Below are positions 29,801 to 41,595 of a stretch of DNA of 64,000 nt, one piece after another. A program made the translations under genes and the position numbers. Under the pieces are notes generated by a model, which saw only the letters and a list, made by a program, of their open reading frames with translations, was not told the origin of the DNA and made no database searches. The stretch's first letter is position 1; each line of letters begins with the position of its first letter. Source of the DNA: Tubulanus polymorphus. Taxonomy: Eukaryota > Animalia > Nemertea. The stretch covers positions 3,690,485 through 3,754,484 of the forward strand of contig NC_134027.1 in NCBI RefSeq assembly GCF_964204645.1, given 5' to 3'.

Positions 29801-32800
29801 GTTTTAATTAAACAGCTATTTCATCAAATCACCGTCAAAACAAACCGCTCGATCAAAGCTTCTATACCGCCAGTTACGAGTTCTTTGTTTCAAGATATAC
29901 CTCACTAATAGTGACAAAAAAGAACAATTTCGAATTATTTCCTCATATGTTTTACTAGCAATAACTTTTTGCATTTATTGCATTTTACATTGAGCGTTAC
30001 TTTAAATAGGCGTCATTACTACGTATTTGCTCTTATCATCATCATTATCAACATCATCACAAAGTGATGATATCAATCAGTCGCCAAAACCTGGCAAAGT
30101 TTTCAATTATCTTTTTCAGAAGAGCTTCATAAGGGTTCATATTGCGGTCAATCTATTGCACGCAAAATGATGAACCGTTTGGGATCGTAAAACACTAGAG
30201 ATACGTAGAAATAATGATATATCTATCATCCTCCACAAATGATGACCAATTCATCTTTTGTCTGATGAAAAGATTCAGAACCGCGTAAAATCACGTTCTC
30301 ACTGGAGACATTTACGTGCTATTGCTCGACATCTATAGATACAAATTCCATCACCAAATATGGGTTATGTGTGCTTATAAAGTTGCAGTTTATATTGAAT
30401 TTATTATATCATATTTGTATGAATTTATCATATTCATAAATCAAAACGGTTTGATTTCGTTACAAAAGAAGAGACAAAAATGTATTATCTGAAAAACCTA
30501 TAACCCTAATCTGGCATTGTAGACGAGTTCCGATCGAATTCTCCAGTCTTCTATTTAGAATAAATCCGGATTGAACGTGTGTTTAGTCACTCGTGAACCT
30601 GTTTATCAACCTGACGGTGTGTTTGTCGTCGAGGACAAATTAGATTCAGCTGATGAGGGATAATATGTTTAAGAAACGATGAACCGTGTAAGCCCGCGTC
30701 CTCATTGGATTCCATTTCGGTTTACGCCTTCAGTCGCTTTCCAGCGAACTATTCACGAACAATTATTGGAAATTACTTTATTCTGGGATTTTGCGAAAAT
30801 TGGACACTGTCTAAGAAATTAACGAAAGAAAGAAAAATGATCCGTTGAAAATAATTGATTACCTAAACTTTTCTATTCTTTACACAGCTGCGTTCAGTAT
30901 AGATTACAACAGTAAATGCGATAGCGTTAAATCATCCCTTGCCAGTATTTTGAACTGCGTGATTATTTACTGTACAAAAAAAGTTAAGCTTACCCAAGCC
31001 GCATCCCCCTTTTCAACGCTATGCATTGTCGATTGACAATCATGTTACTTTTTTCTTCCCGTCAACTAATACACCATCAATGGATACTTTTGCCATTCTG
31101 GCGTATACCAGATGAACGGCAAATGGTTGCTGAAATGTAATGCTTTATAGAACTGAGGACCGTCTTATCACGTCCCTGGGAGGTAATAACGTTTTTATCG
31201 GATATCTCACAAAAAGTCAGATGGATGTGTGAAGTGCCCAGGAAGTTTTAAAACTATTAATGTACACCAACTTTCCATGATATGCTCCGGAAAAAAATTC
31301 TGAAGTTTTCCTTTGAAATATCTAGATTGCTTCGTTCTTGTTTCCTATTTCTGAACGATTCTCATGTGCTGAACCTGCGCATCTAACGATAAATCCGACC
31401 TAACTGTTAAAAACTGACGCCAAACCCGCCCAACTTCGCAATCAAAGATGAAAGGAAATAGAAACCGGCACTTATCCAAAAGTCAATATTCACCGGTAAA
31501 GCTGCTACTGTATTCTGAAAACTGATCCAAAAGCGAGATCATGATAGTCCCACATGTGTTTTATGTAGAAGGATTTTGAAAATAAGAAAACCGCACCGAA
31601 GGATTTTTTTTTCGAAGTTCGGGGTCTCTAATTATAAGTATAAAAATGTATGATGAGAATACTCTATACCATTAAGCATTCAAAATTAGTGAAGTTAATG
31701 AATTCTAGAATTCGGCCATTTTACTTACTTATCCGTTTGAGTTTGTACAAATCATCCATATATTCCGGACAATGAACAGAAAAAAACGTGAAAAATAGCA
31801 CCGCCTACATATCCATTAATCCAGCGACTACCTGATGAATGTGACTTAGAGAATGCGTCGCTAACAACGATGTTGCCTACGCGCAGTGGAGTGAATTCTC
31901 AACAATACTGGACCTCGTATATGACGATATGCACTTACCAAGATTGTTTTATATCTAGAGTTATAGAAATTGCAATTTGAATGCTTATTGGTTGCAGTTA
32001 TTTTAAGAAGAATCCGGACAATTTTGCATGACTTTCTGGTGTGACGTTTCGCTAGAAGCCGAATACAGAAATCGCGATATTAACAAAATTTACGGCGCAC
32101 GAAATGAGGAATATTTTACATTTTACGAGTCTGAAGCGGATTCTCACAGTCAATTGCGGTCCCTTTACACGAGTCTCGAGAAATAAATCAGGAATGAAAT
32201 CTTACTTCGATACTGAGATGCAATGAATGGAAAAGACCTATTGCTGATATAAAAAAAAATCATTGCTACATAATCAAGGAATTCGCTGGTCAAATTCATC
32301 ATTCGTCACTGATGATTTCTCTTATATCACTCGATGGTTCCATTGATTCTTTTTTACCGCACGGCGTAGAGCGCTTGTGCGTCATTTCGTATTAGTTACT
32401 AGTCTACACAGATTCTACGAGGTGTATATCGAATAGCGCACCAGAGAACAGAACTCGATCCTCTCTTCTAGGGACAAGAGAAAAATGAAATATTGAACAG
32501 CGACTGCTCATTTTGTCACTTTCCCGATGTTTATGTGAAGCATCGCTTTCAACGATGAAATGCTATAATAAGATAATTGTTTTATTCTTTAATGAACGTG
32601 TCAACGCTTCGGCGGATAATGCTTGGCAAAAACAAATTACAGATTCTGATTATAGTTAGTTTTATGATATCCTTTAGTGATTATTGCGCCATGTATTTCC
32701 AGCCTGTTGGGAACGTATTCGCCTGTGTTTTGCGACGCGTTATACCTTCACAGATATTCATTTTTCTACACTTATCGGCGAGGACTCAATATATTTCCCG

Positions 32801-35800
32801 GCTGATTATCCATTTATGCGAAAACATTTTGATTTTATATCGCGACCAGATCATAAAGTTCTCCGTGAGTTGATTCTATAATTTCATACGGTGTAATTTT
32901 GTAGACAGAAATATACTACCCTGGGGTATATGCTGTGACATGATAACATTAGGCGAGTTGAATGGTGCATGTGGATTCCAGTGATAGAGAGTTTTTAGCA
33001 CGAAATATACGAAGCTTTAAAAACGAGCTATTGCCCGGCATTTTCTACTGAATCAGTGATCAATTCTATCATGGTCATCAGTAAAATATACGACAGTATT
33101 TATTTTCATTATCAGCTGAAATCGTTTTAGGAATCACCCCGTTTCTCCGTTTATTCGATAGATGACAGTTTTATTTTCTGGAGATATTTGATCCCCGTGA
33201 ACAAGAGTGAATTGATAAGGTATTGGTCATTCTGATTGCGGCCTACCGTTGATATATGATAAGCAGTGGGCAACTTGCAGCATTCCCCAATCGTCGCCAA
33301 CCAAGAATAAAGTTAGATGATAAAAATGTAGATCTATCGTGGTGTCGGGTGTCATGCTCGGTAACCCGATATTCTTCGCACTGATCAGGTTAGGGTAATT
33401 ACGCCGAGGATGTTACGGAGGAATACCCCGTGGAGGCAACCGAAGTGCTTGAACGATTTGATACGCCAACTTCAGAGCAGTATTACTCTTTACTTAACAG
33501 CTTAGCGAATACTTGGAGTGTTCACCACCGAACTGACAAGATGTGGCGTCCAACTGCACGAGGGTCACTAAGCTCACAAAGGTTGGCGCTAGAAATATCT
33601 TCTGACTACACTGGAATACGATAAATGTGCCTTGATTTAGTAATGAATTAATGCACGAGATCAAAAATTTCCATTAAAGGTGGAATTTAAAGTAAATTTA
33701 AGTAAATACCGGAGAGGCGATAGTTGATCAGATGCGTCATATTTTCTTTGCCACTGGCAATTTGCGAAGCGCGAAACTACGCGTGGTATGTCAAGACTAC
33801 TGTGTCAGTTGAATATCGCTAATCCGGGTAATCCTCCGTCTAGGGGCTTAATGTATTTTTCCAACATTGAAACGAGTTTCATTCACGCTACCGCTTGGCC
33901 TTGATGAAAGAAAATAAACGATTTGGTTGACAAATTTTTATGTTCATTACATAACGTGTATGTCGTTGAACGTCGTGAGACTTAGAATGACTATTTTACG
34001 TAGATGAAGTTTGAATTTGAAGCGATCGAGGAAAAATAATAATTTTTCAAATTGAAAGATCGAATGATAGTGCCAAATCTTTGGTTCCTAGTTACTGTAT
34101 ACCTTTCACGGCGAAACTAGATGCCTTCGATATTGATAGTACGACGAGATCTTCGACAAAAGAATGATGACGATGGCAGTTATAGCGTTGTTCATCAAAG
34201 GAGTGACGTTTATGTGCAGCTATCAATCCTTTAAACCACATCATACCCAGTTTAGCGAGTGCTAAGCAGTTATTGTGTTGTCAATCAATCCACTAGACAT
34301 TTCCGTAAGACTTATCGCCTGTGTACAGAACCATTAAAACATACAGGTCAGTATCTAATTAGTACAGGAACATATTAGATTTAGACATAATATCGTCGGG
34401 TTTCAGTATTCAGAGGTTTATTTTCTCGATGCTAGCTGTTCTAAGTTTTTTTTTCTGTTCGAATGAAGCGGCCTGCGGTATGTGTAAATGCATACTGCTC
34501 GGCGCGAGTAATTTCCGATAAAAAATCTGACTGCTTTTCATCGATTCCATTGACTTACAGTTTACTTCTCGCGATCCAAGCCGATAAGTGCCATTTACGA
34601 AGAATCTGTTATACGCGTATGGCATCTGTAACTTTATTTTCCCAAATGCATGTATAATTCGCGCAATTCTGCGCATTTATAGTACAATTAGTTAACGATT
34701 CAGATTAACTTAAGAACGCGAAATGCTGTGGTTCTTCTGTTCTTGACGCGTACTTATGGTGTAAACCTTGACCCACGACAGTTGGCCGCAAATTATATGC
34801 AATAGCTTGGCTGTCGTCGAGTGGTAAGATTGCCGATCTGAGAGATGCTTACGCTATTTGCGATTTGCGTCTATTGACAGTCATGACCGATCGGGAATAA
34901 ACCGACGAGTACGACCACTACCAGACATGACACGGATCTATTTTTTTTTTCAGGGCACAAGGAAATCCCAGAAGAATGACATCCGATATGCCAGTGAGCC
35001 GACGAATCGTTCACGACATCTTTTAGCGAGCTCTCTATGAAATCGTATACGCAGACTTTTGGACTTACGGAAGTCTTTCTTCTGTAATTATGTACCTGTA
35101 TGCCGAGACCATCGCTTTCCCGGATGATACAGCCAACCAATCCCAACAAATTTAAAAGGTCTCCTGGAGTGATTTTCAATTATCCACGAGGAAAGACGTA
35201 ACCGTTTTTCAATTAGGATTAGATGCTGTTTATATAAGATTAGTTAGAGGAAACAATGTGACGTTATGAGGGTCACGTAAAAAACGAAGAGACAGCAATT
35301 GACAGCAAAGTATAATTTCCTAAACAACGACAATCTCGAGGTTATAAGGACACGCGTGCACCCCTTTGACTTAGGCAAATGCTTAACGCAAACTTTCACA
35401 TTTTTGTGCTTTCTGGAACATACACAATCGAAAGAATAACTCATTAAGTTATGAAACCTACAAATAACTACACATTTTCCGTCGTAGTATTTCAGCTTAT
35501 CTGTTTATAGATGATGAACGAAAAGTCATAAGAGCGCCGCCGTGACTCGAACCATTTCGTGACTACTTCGGATCCGAGCGAGAAATCTCATCCATCATCA
35601 GAACTCAAACGATCGGGTATTTAATGATGATAAAATACCGGTGTCCATCAATTCTGATCGAAGGAATATTTTAATCACAATAAACCATCGGGGATGAAGT
35701 CGTCAATTTTAGCACAAGCGGCACAACTCATAACCCGTCTGATTATAATTAAACTGTCAACGTAAACAAATGACCCTCCACAAAATGCGTGCTCTTGTTC

Positions 35801-36020
35801 ACAAGACGAATATCACTGACAAATTCTACCACATCACGGTTCATAACTGAATCTCAATGTCTTTCACGTGACGACGCCATATTGCCGTCCGTGACAGTAT
35901 TCATTGTTCATATTTGTTATATGTTTATTGTATTGGTATTCCGGTATATTTGTATCATATTGTATAACGCTACGTATCATCGGAACATGAGTTATTGAAT
36001 TGACCTTCAGTTTTGTAAGT

Positions 36021-36486
36021 TCATCAAGTCAGGGCGAAGTTCGGTCGTCGGGTTGAGTCGACTATTTGTGAACTAAGTGAAACCGAATATCAGTTAGTCG
36101 TAACTACAATTGGAGAATAGCGAGCATCTGTAGACCAGACCAGATGGGCAAAATTAGGTTTTTATAGCTAGTCGACCAGTGGTCGGAACTAATAACCGAA
36201 CGCACTATAGTTTGGTCGTAACACAATTCGGAGTCAGCCATCATGAAACTAGGTGCGATATACAGCGACCCGTGCTGAATCCCGTGGTCGACCAGTTACG
36301 GAACATAGTTCCGACTAACTGACATCCGGTTCAATGTTAGTTCGATCATAGTCGACTAACTCCGAGGATCGCCATGGCTGACAGTGCTGGTAAAACCGAA
36401 CTTTAGTGCATCCGATCACTAATTACAAAATTAGTAAAACATTCATCGACTAAATTACAAAAAAGGAAGTTCGCTCTGACTGGTGG
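36021..36486. mobile_element. Foldback element / MITE with nested inverted repeats
   Basis: Outer arms 36021..36042 and 36466..36486 (AGTCAGGGCGAAGTTC vs AGTCAGAGCGAACTTC). Inner ~55-bp arms 36051..36106 and 36306..36360. Repeated GTCGAC and AACTA motifs. Confidence 0.7.
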
Positions 36487-38974
36487 TCAAACAAACGATT
36501 ACGTCGCGTGACTGCTGTCCACTGGCGCTGAAGTGGATTCAGTAGTAATTATCAAACTCCTCTCTGGTTGGTGATTAGCTTGACCGTTTTGGTTCTTTTT
36601 TTCTTCGAATCATTTAAAAGTGTATTCAGTCGCGGGTAATAAAGCGAATTTATCGTCGAGTTCGAGAAGCCTATTCTCTCCGCAATATCGGTTGTCACCA
36701 AACATCCTATAATTGACTTTTATAGGGGCCATTAATCTTATCCGGACACGCGTCGCTAGTATACGTTGAATGGGTAAAAGTGTCATTGTTCACACATGCC
36801 TAATCCGTACGAATGACGATTATACTTTCTATTTCGAATCCAAAACAAAACTAAAGGCGCTACATATGATGAGATGATGGCTCGTTTTCTAATTGTTTCA
36901 TTTGAATACGTTATGTTTTTATTATTCATCGCTCTAACTACTTTCATCGCATGTTTATTTAAAGACTTGATACGCAAAAAGCTCGCAATATAATTGATAA
37001 ATTCCCGTATCCCGAGGACATGGTTTCTTAATATACGAATACCAATGTAAAATGTGTTGCAGAAATATGCAGATTGTGCAGTGACAAATTCCATACACGC
37101 ACAAGGCCAGCTAAAACAGCCATATGACATTCGTGCTCACGGCATTAATCAACTTGGCTCGTAAAAAAAACTTGCCCATTTGAATTTTAAATTCGGAGCT
37201 GTGTGATGTTTTTCAAAAATTGTGGCTTTCCCATGTTAACTTTTATTGAAAAAGGGAAACCTAATTAGTAGCCGACGTGAGGCATTTCGTGTTACAAGAT
37301 GGAATTTGAATGGTGTTGGATCATTTTCAGAGCATCTGGAGTCATTATAGAACAAGATGACCAGTAAAAGATTATTTACAAATGTTTTGTGTACATTTCT
37401 TAAGAACCAGGCTCCATTCGGTTCACAGAAATGAGTTTAAAAAAATCGAAATTGAAAAACAGTACCTACAGTAAACGCATGAAATAGGAGGTCCCCCCAA
37501 GCCTCCCCAATCCGCCTTCGGTTTTAATATTCACCATAAGCCTTCAGACGCGCATTGGTTTCATACGTTTTCGCAGACACCCAACAGCATCGGTGTAAAT
37601 GATTATCAAATTTTGGATTATCCGTATTATTTTCGGCGAAGATGTTAATTCTATTAGGAACCGAAACACGTGTTGTTGAGCGATTAGGTTTATCGTGACC
37701 ACGGAAATCTCTTGGGTAAGATTTCCGTTAATGAAAATCACTAAAGTGAAAATAACACAAATCACGCGTGAAAATTCGCACGATCTTATATCCAACCAAC
37801 GACAATACGACAGTATCAAACAAAAAGTGTCGATATCTTAGAAGGAATACATTATTGAACTACGATGCAACAGGCTGTTTTCTCAGTAGTGTATGGCAAT
37901 GTGTTTAGAAATTGTTCCTACAATTTAGATCTTTTAAACTGCGTAACTAAAGTAATAAAAAAACTACATTTCTCACAATACGTGTGTACATGATAAGAGG
38001 AAGAACCTTTGGATTTAAAGAATTTATCACGAGTTATTCTGATTTAGGCATTTAACTTCGGATCTATTGCTTTTGATTGTGGAATGGCTTCTTTTAGAAT
38101 ATAGAATGTACAGGAACAGGCCACTGAAATGAATTCGAAAAAAAATTATGATCTAGATTGTAAGTGTTTGATGTCTGAGGGTTATGGATACAGCGGACAG
38201 GTTGTGGTAGTATCGCCGGTTACAGGATTAGATATATTTGATTCTTGAAATCATCCGAGATCCTGAATACATCGTCACATCGCCGACGTAGTCTAGGACA
38301 CGTCAACTTCTCGGAAATGATTATCAGTTAACACGTTTTAAACTGAGTGAATAAATTCACGACACGCGGTTGACGGTTAGCGATGATTAATTTACTGAGT
38401 GTAAAACAACAAGAGCCACTAACAAGCGAGCGACACGACTTAATGGATGATCTTTGTAGCTATACCGGATGCAAGAATATGTCACCGGTATCCATCATAT
38501 CGCATATCGTGTCATCTAAGGTTGATAAATGGAGATATAGTCGGCAGTAACGTTTCATTATCAGATGAATACGTATTATAGAAAAACAAATCTGGAAGTC
38601 GGGCATAAACATTCCTGATTATCTCGGTCTATTCCAGATCATCCGGAGAGGCAAAACAGAACCGCCATCGTCGCTTCTACAAATTCTCTATTTCGCCACC
38701 TATCTTTATTTCCGCTTAGACTTCACCGGAAGCTCCACGAAACAACTGTCAGAAAGCGAGCCATTGCATAGAAAATTTAGTTGATGCATGTAATTGATTT
38801 AAGCATAAATGTACGGCTGTATCGCTTCATGATATCTCCGATAAGCGAGAACCGTGAAATTGGTAAACATGTAATTATGCCAGGTTTTTCCATTCGAACA
38901 TTCAGAGATTTCTGTTCTTACAAATAGCCTCACGATGATTCGCAATGAGTTTTGGTCAAGCATGGCCGAAGGGA

Positions 38975-39053
38975 TTGGACCTCAAACGCAAGAGAAGAGA
39001 TTCCGATATAGAATCCTCGCAAGGGTGGCAGCCTATGAGATCGAGGTCCGAGG
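38975..39053. repeat. Short structured dispersed repeat, copy 2
   Basis: Core GAATCCTCGCAAGGGTGGCAGCCTATGAGATCGAGGTCCGAGG. Enclosed by a TTGGACCTC/GAGGTCCGA stem. Confidence 0.7.
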
Positions 39054-39355
39054 TCCCCTGGCACGCACGCACGCGACGCACGCACACCACATACATAAAC
39101 AAATACGTTTGGTTCAGTTTGAAATTCGAGTTGATTTTTAATAATGCGTCTTATTTATCTTAATCAATTATACATTAAGCATCATTATATTAAAACTGTT
39201 CATCGTGATATATAATCTTTACATGTCTCACTTATATTCTATATAAGTACGATTATTCTTATTGAATATTAAGATGCGTAGGCCTGTAACAAAATCAAAT
39301 TGAACAGCACGCTTCTCGGAGGCGAAAACGTATTGTATCAAAACGAATCAAATCC

Positions 39356-40742
39356 TTATGTAGATATATCTAATTCCAAGGGGAAGTATTCTGGTCGTTT
39401 GATTAATTCTCGAGCTATTTCAGTGCACTTGTTCACCGCAGCTGAAAAAGTCAATGAACAATGTAGTATATAGAGGTATCATCGGTGTAGAATATAGCGG
39501 AAGATGGTATATAAATGTATACTGACCGTCCCGATTTTCGGCGCTCTCCACAATGAAACCCACGACGCTTCCACTGCCATCAACATCGGTCAATTGTTCT
39601 CCAGGCTGAACAGTGATGAACACGTTCGAATACCTTTTAACGGCTGCGAAATCAATCAGATTATCGACTTTATCGGTAGCATACGCTGACAAAATGAAAC
39701 ATATTCCGCATTTTCCATTTGAAGTCGGGGTTTTTGGTGTGATTCCTCGACTAATATTGATTAAAGCCTCCAATGAGTCGCCGTTATTCAAACAGCGTCG
39801 GTAAACTGGTACCATGCAGCTAGTCATGCGATGGTTCATTTCGGTTATTTTATGACTTCCATCCGCCATAACAAATACTTCTAAATCGAAAAACTGGTTG
39901 TCGAATCCCGTGTTAATTATGCGTTGACCTATCGTATCAAATGTTTCCCAAATAGAATTTTGGATTTCATCTGATAAACGTGATGGGAACACGTTGCATG
40001 CGACAGTTTTTGGTTTTGTTTTCCAATGCACAGAATCGCATAATGCCCAATGAATTATTTTTCCTCCTGCGACTAATCCTTCAGCACCTACCATACTTTC
40101 ATAATTGACACACGATTCTACAATCACTGCGTCCTCTAGGGCGGGATCACTAGCGTTACTCAGGAAAACATTATTAAAACGCATCCACTCGAGCTCTACT
40201 TGAATTTCTGACTTGAAATAGTTCATGATACTTTCTGTATCGATATTAGCATCGTTAATTCTCGTAACGCCTCGTGAATAACTGCCACAAATCGGTTTCA
40301 TGATCGCTGGAAAACCGATCTGATTTAGCAAAGCGTCGATATCTTTCGATTCAGCTTCATATTTGAGCATCCCGTATTCAACGCCTCCTTGTTCCATCAT
40401 AAGCGTTTTTCGAGCGTGATATTTATGGTAAGCCATCGCGAGAGATTTTACCTTCGGACCGGGTATATGTGGCAAGCGATCACAGATTGCAGCACCGATC
40501 ATAGCTGATTCATCCCTCATTCCTAAAACACCGATGATATTTTCCTTCGTAACGATTTCAATGCATCTCTCCGTAAAATCGAGTATATTCTCATTAGAAA
40601 ACTTCACTAGATGGAATATCTGAAACAGTTCCTTTACCTCTTGTCTTAATCCTGGGAAAATAATTCTTGCAATAACTTCATCCGTTGACGAATGACAAAT
40701 TACTGCAACCTTCAATTTGTTAGAACTTTTATCGACGTTCAT
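39356..40742 (-). CDS. ATP-grasp carboxylate-amine ligase (L-amino-acid ligase / carnosine-synthase-like); two exons 40742..39527 and 39441..39356; 433 aa
   Basis: Only long ORF of normal composition. ATP-grasp motifs in the expected order: HKYHARK, IGFPAIMKPICGSYSRGV (FPxxxKP..GS.GV loop), VIVES, FFDLEVF...ITEMNHRM (ExNxR). Donor G|GTCAGT and acceptor ctttttcag|CT give an in-frame last exon AAVNKCTEIARELIKRPEYFPLELDIST*, homologous to the paralog's last exon. Confidence 0.88.
39442..39526 (-). other. 85-nt phase-1 GT-AG intron of the ATP-grasp gene
   Basis: GTCAGT...ctttttCAG. Similarity to the paralog stops at the donor and resumes at the acceptor. Confidence 0.85.
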
Positions 40743-40861
40743 CTTCGACGTTGTGCAATGGCGAAACGAGCCTCCAGTTGCTTCAAGGCGGACAGGAATG
40801 CTGAACTCATCGAACGCGTTCGATCATGTGACCAAAAGTAATGGTAATTGTTCAGTTTGAA

Positions 40862-40868
40862 CTTTATA
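40862..40868 (-). promoter_or_regulatory. Candidate TATA box of the ATP-grasp gene
   Basis: TATAAAG on the minus strand ~120 bp upstream of the ATG. Motif match only, in AT-rich DNA. Confidence 0.3.
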
Positions 40869-40924
40869 TGCCCTATAGAACGAGAACACTAATCTACGTG
40901 TACTCAACGAGGCTTTCGCTATTG

Positions 40925-41416
40925 TAGTATGGTTGCTGATTCGGGCCATGTTTAAGAATTTTTATGTCCGGCTAAAGCAACGATAAAAAAATTTTCACGT
41001 TGGCCCGTTTTTTGGTTTTCTCGCGCGAGAATTCAAAATTTTGGTTTTCTCGCGCGAGAAAACTAAACATTTTGGTTTGAACATTTTTTCTGACTGGCCA
41101 GAAGCTGGATAAAATTTTCTTACAATGGCCCATTTGGCTGATTCGGGCCATACTAAAATATTTTCTGTACGGCTAGAGTAACGATAAAAAAATATTCACA
41201 TTGGCCCGTTTTTTCGGTTTTCTTGCGCGAGAATTCAAAACATTTGGTTTTCTCGCGCGAGAATTCAAAAAGTTTGGTTTTCTCGCGCGAGAAAACCGAA
41301 TGTTTTGAATTCTCGCGCGAGAAAACCGAAAAAACGGGCCAATGTGAAAATTTTTTTATCGTTACTCTAGCCGTACAGAAAATTTTTTAGTATGGCCCGA
41401 ATCAGCCACCATACTA
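40925..41416. mobile_element. Non-autonomous foldback DNA transposon (MITE) with TAG...CTA termini and a probable TTG target-site duplication
   Basis: Left end TAGTATGGTTGCTGATTCGGGCCAT is the near-exact reverse complement of right end ATGGCCCGAATCAGCCACCATACTA. Flanks read ttg|...|ttg. Six internal copies of the palindrome TTCTCGCGCGAGAA (one with a mismatch). A second left arm starts at ~41136. Confidence 0.85.
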
Positions 41417-41595
41417 TTGTGCTTTTATCAGTTCTTGACCCAGTTACCCGAGGTCAGTCTTTGATCGTCGAAGTAGTTTTTCCTGGTGATAATACTTGAA
41501 CTTGAATACTATCAGTGATGAAAGGTCAGCATCAGAATTCTTTGAATTATTCCCCATTGGTGATAAACAGTACAGTATTTCCGTATTAAAGATGC

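Noticed and set aside
34078-34130. miR-9-like start TCTTTGGTT
   Set aside because: Diverges after the seed and the hairpin pairs poorly.
41000-41340. Regularly spaced ~30-bp palindromic repeats resembling a CRISPR array
   Set aside because: No unique spacers, no cas genes, eukaryotic context. They are MITE subterminal repeats.
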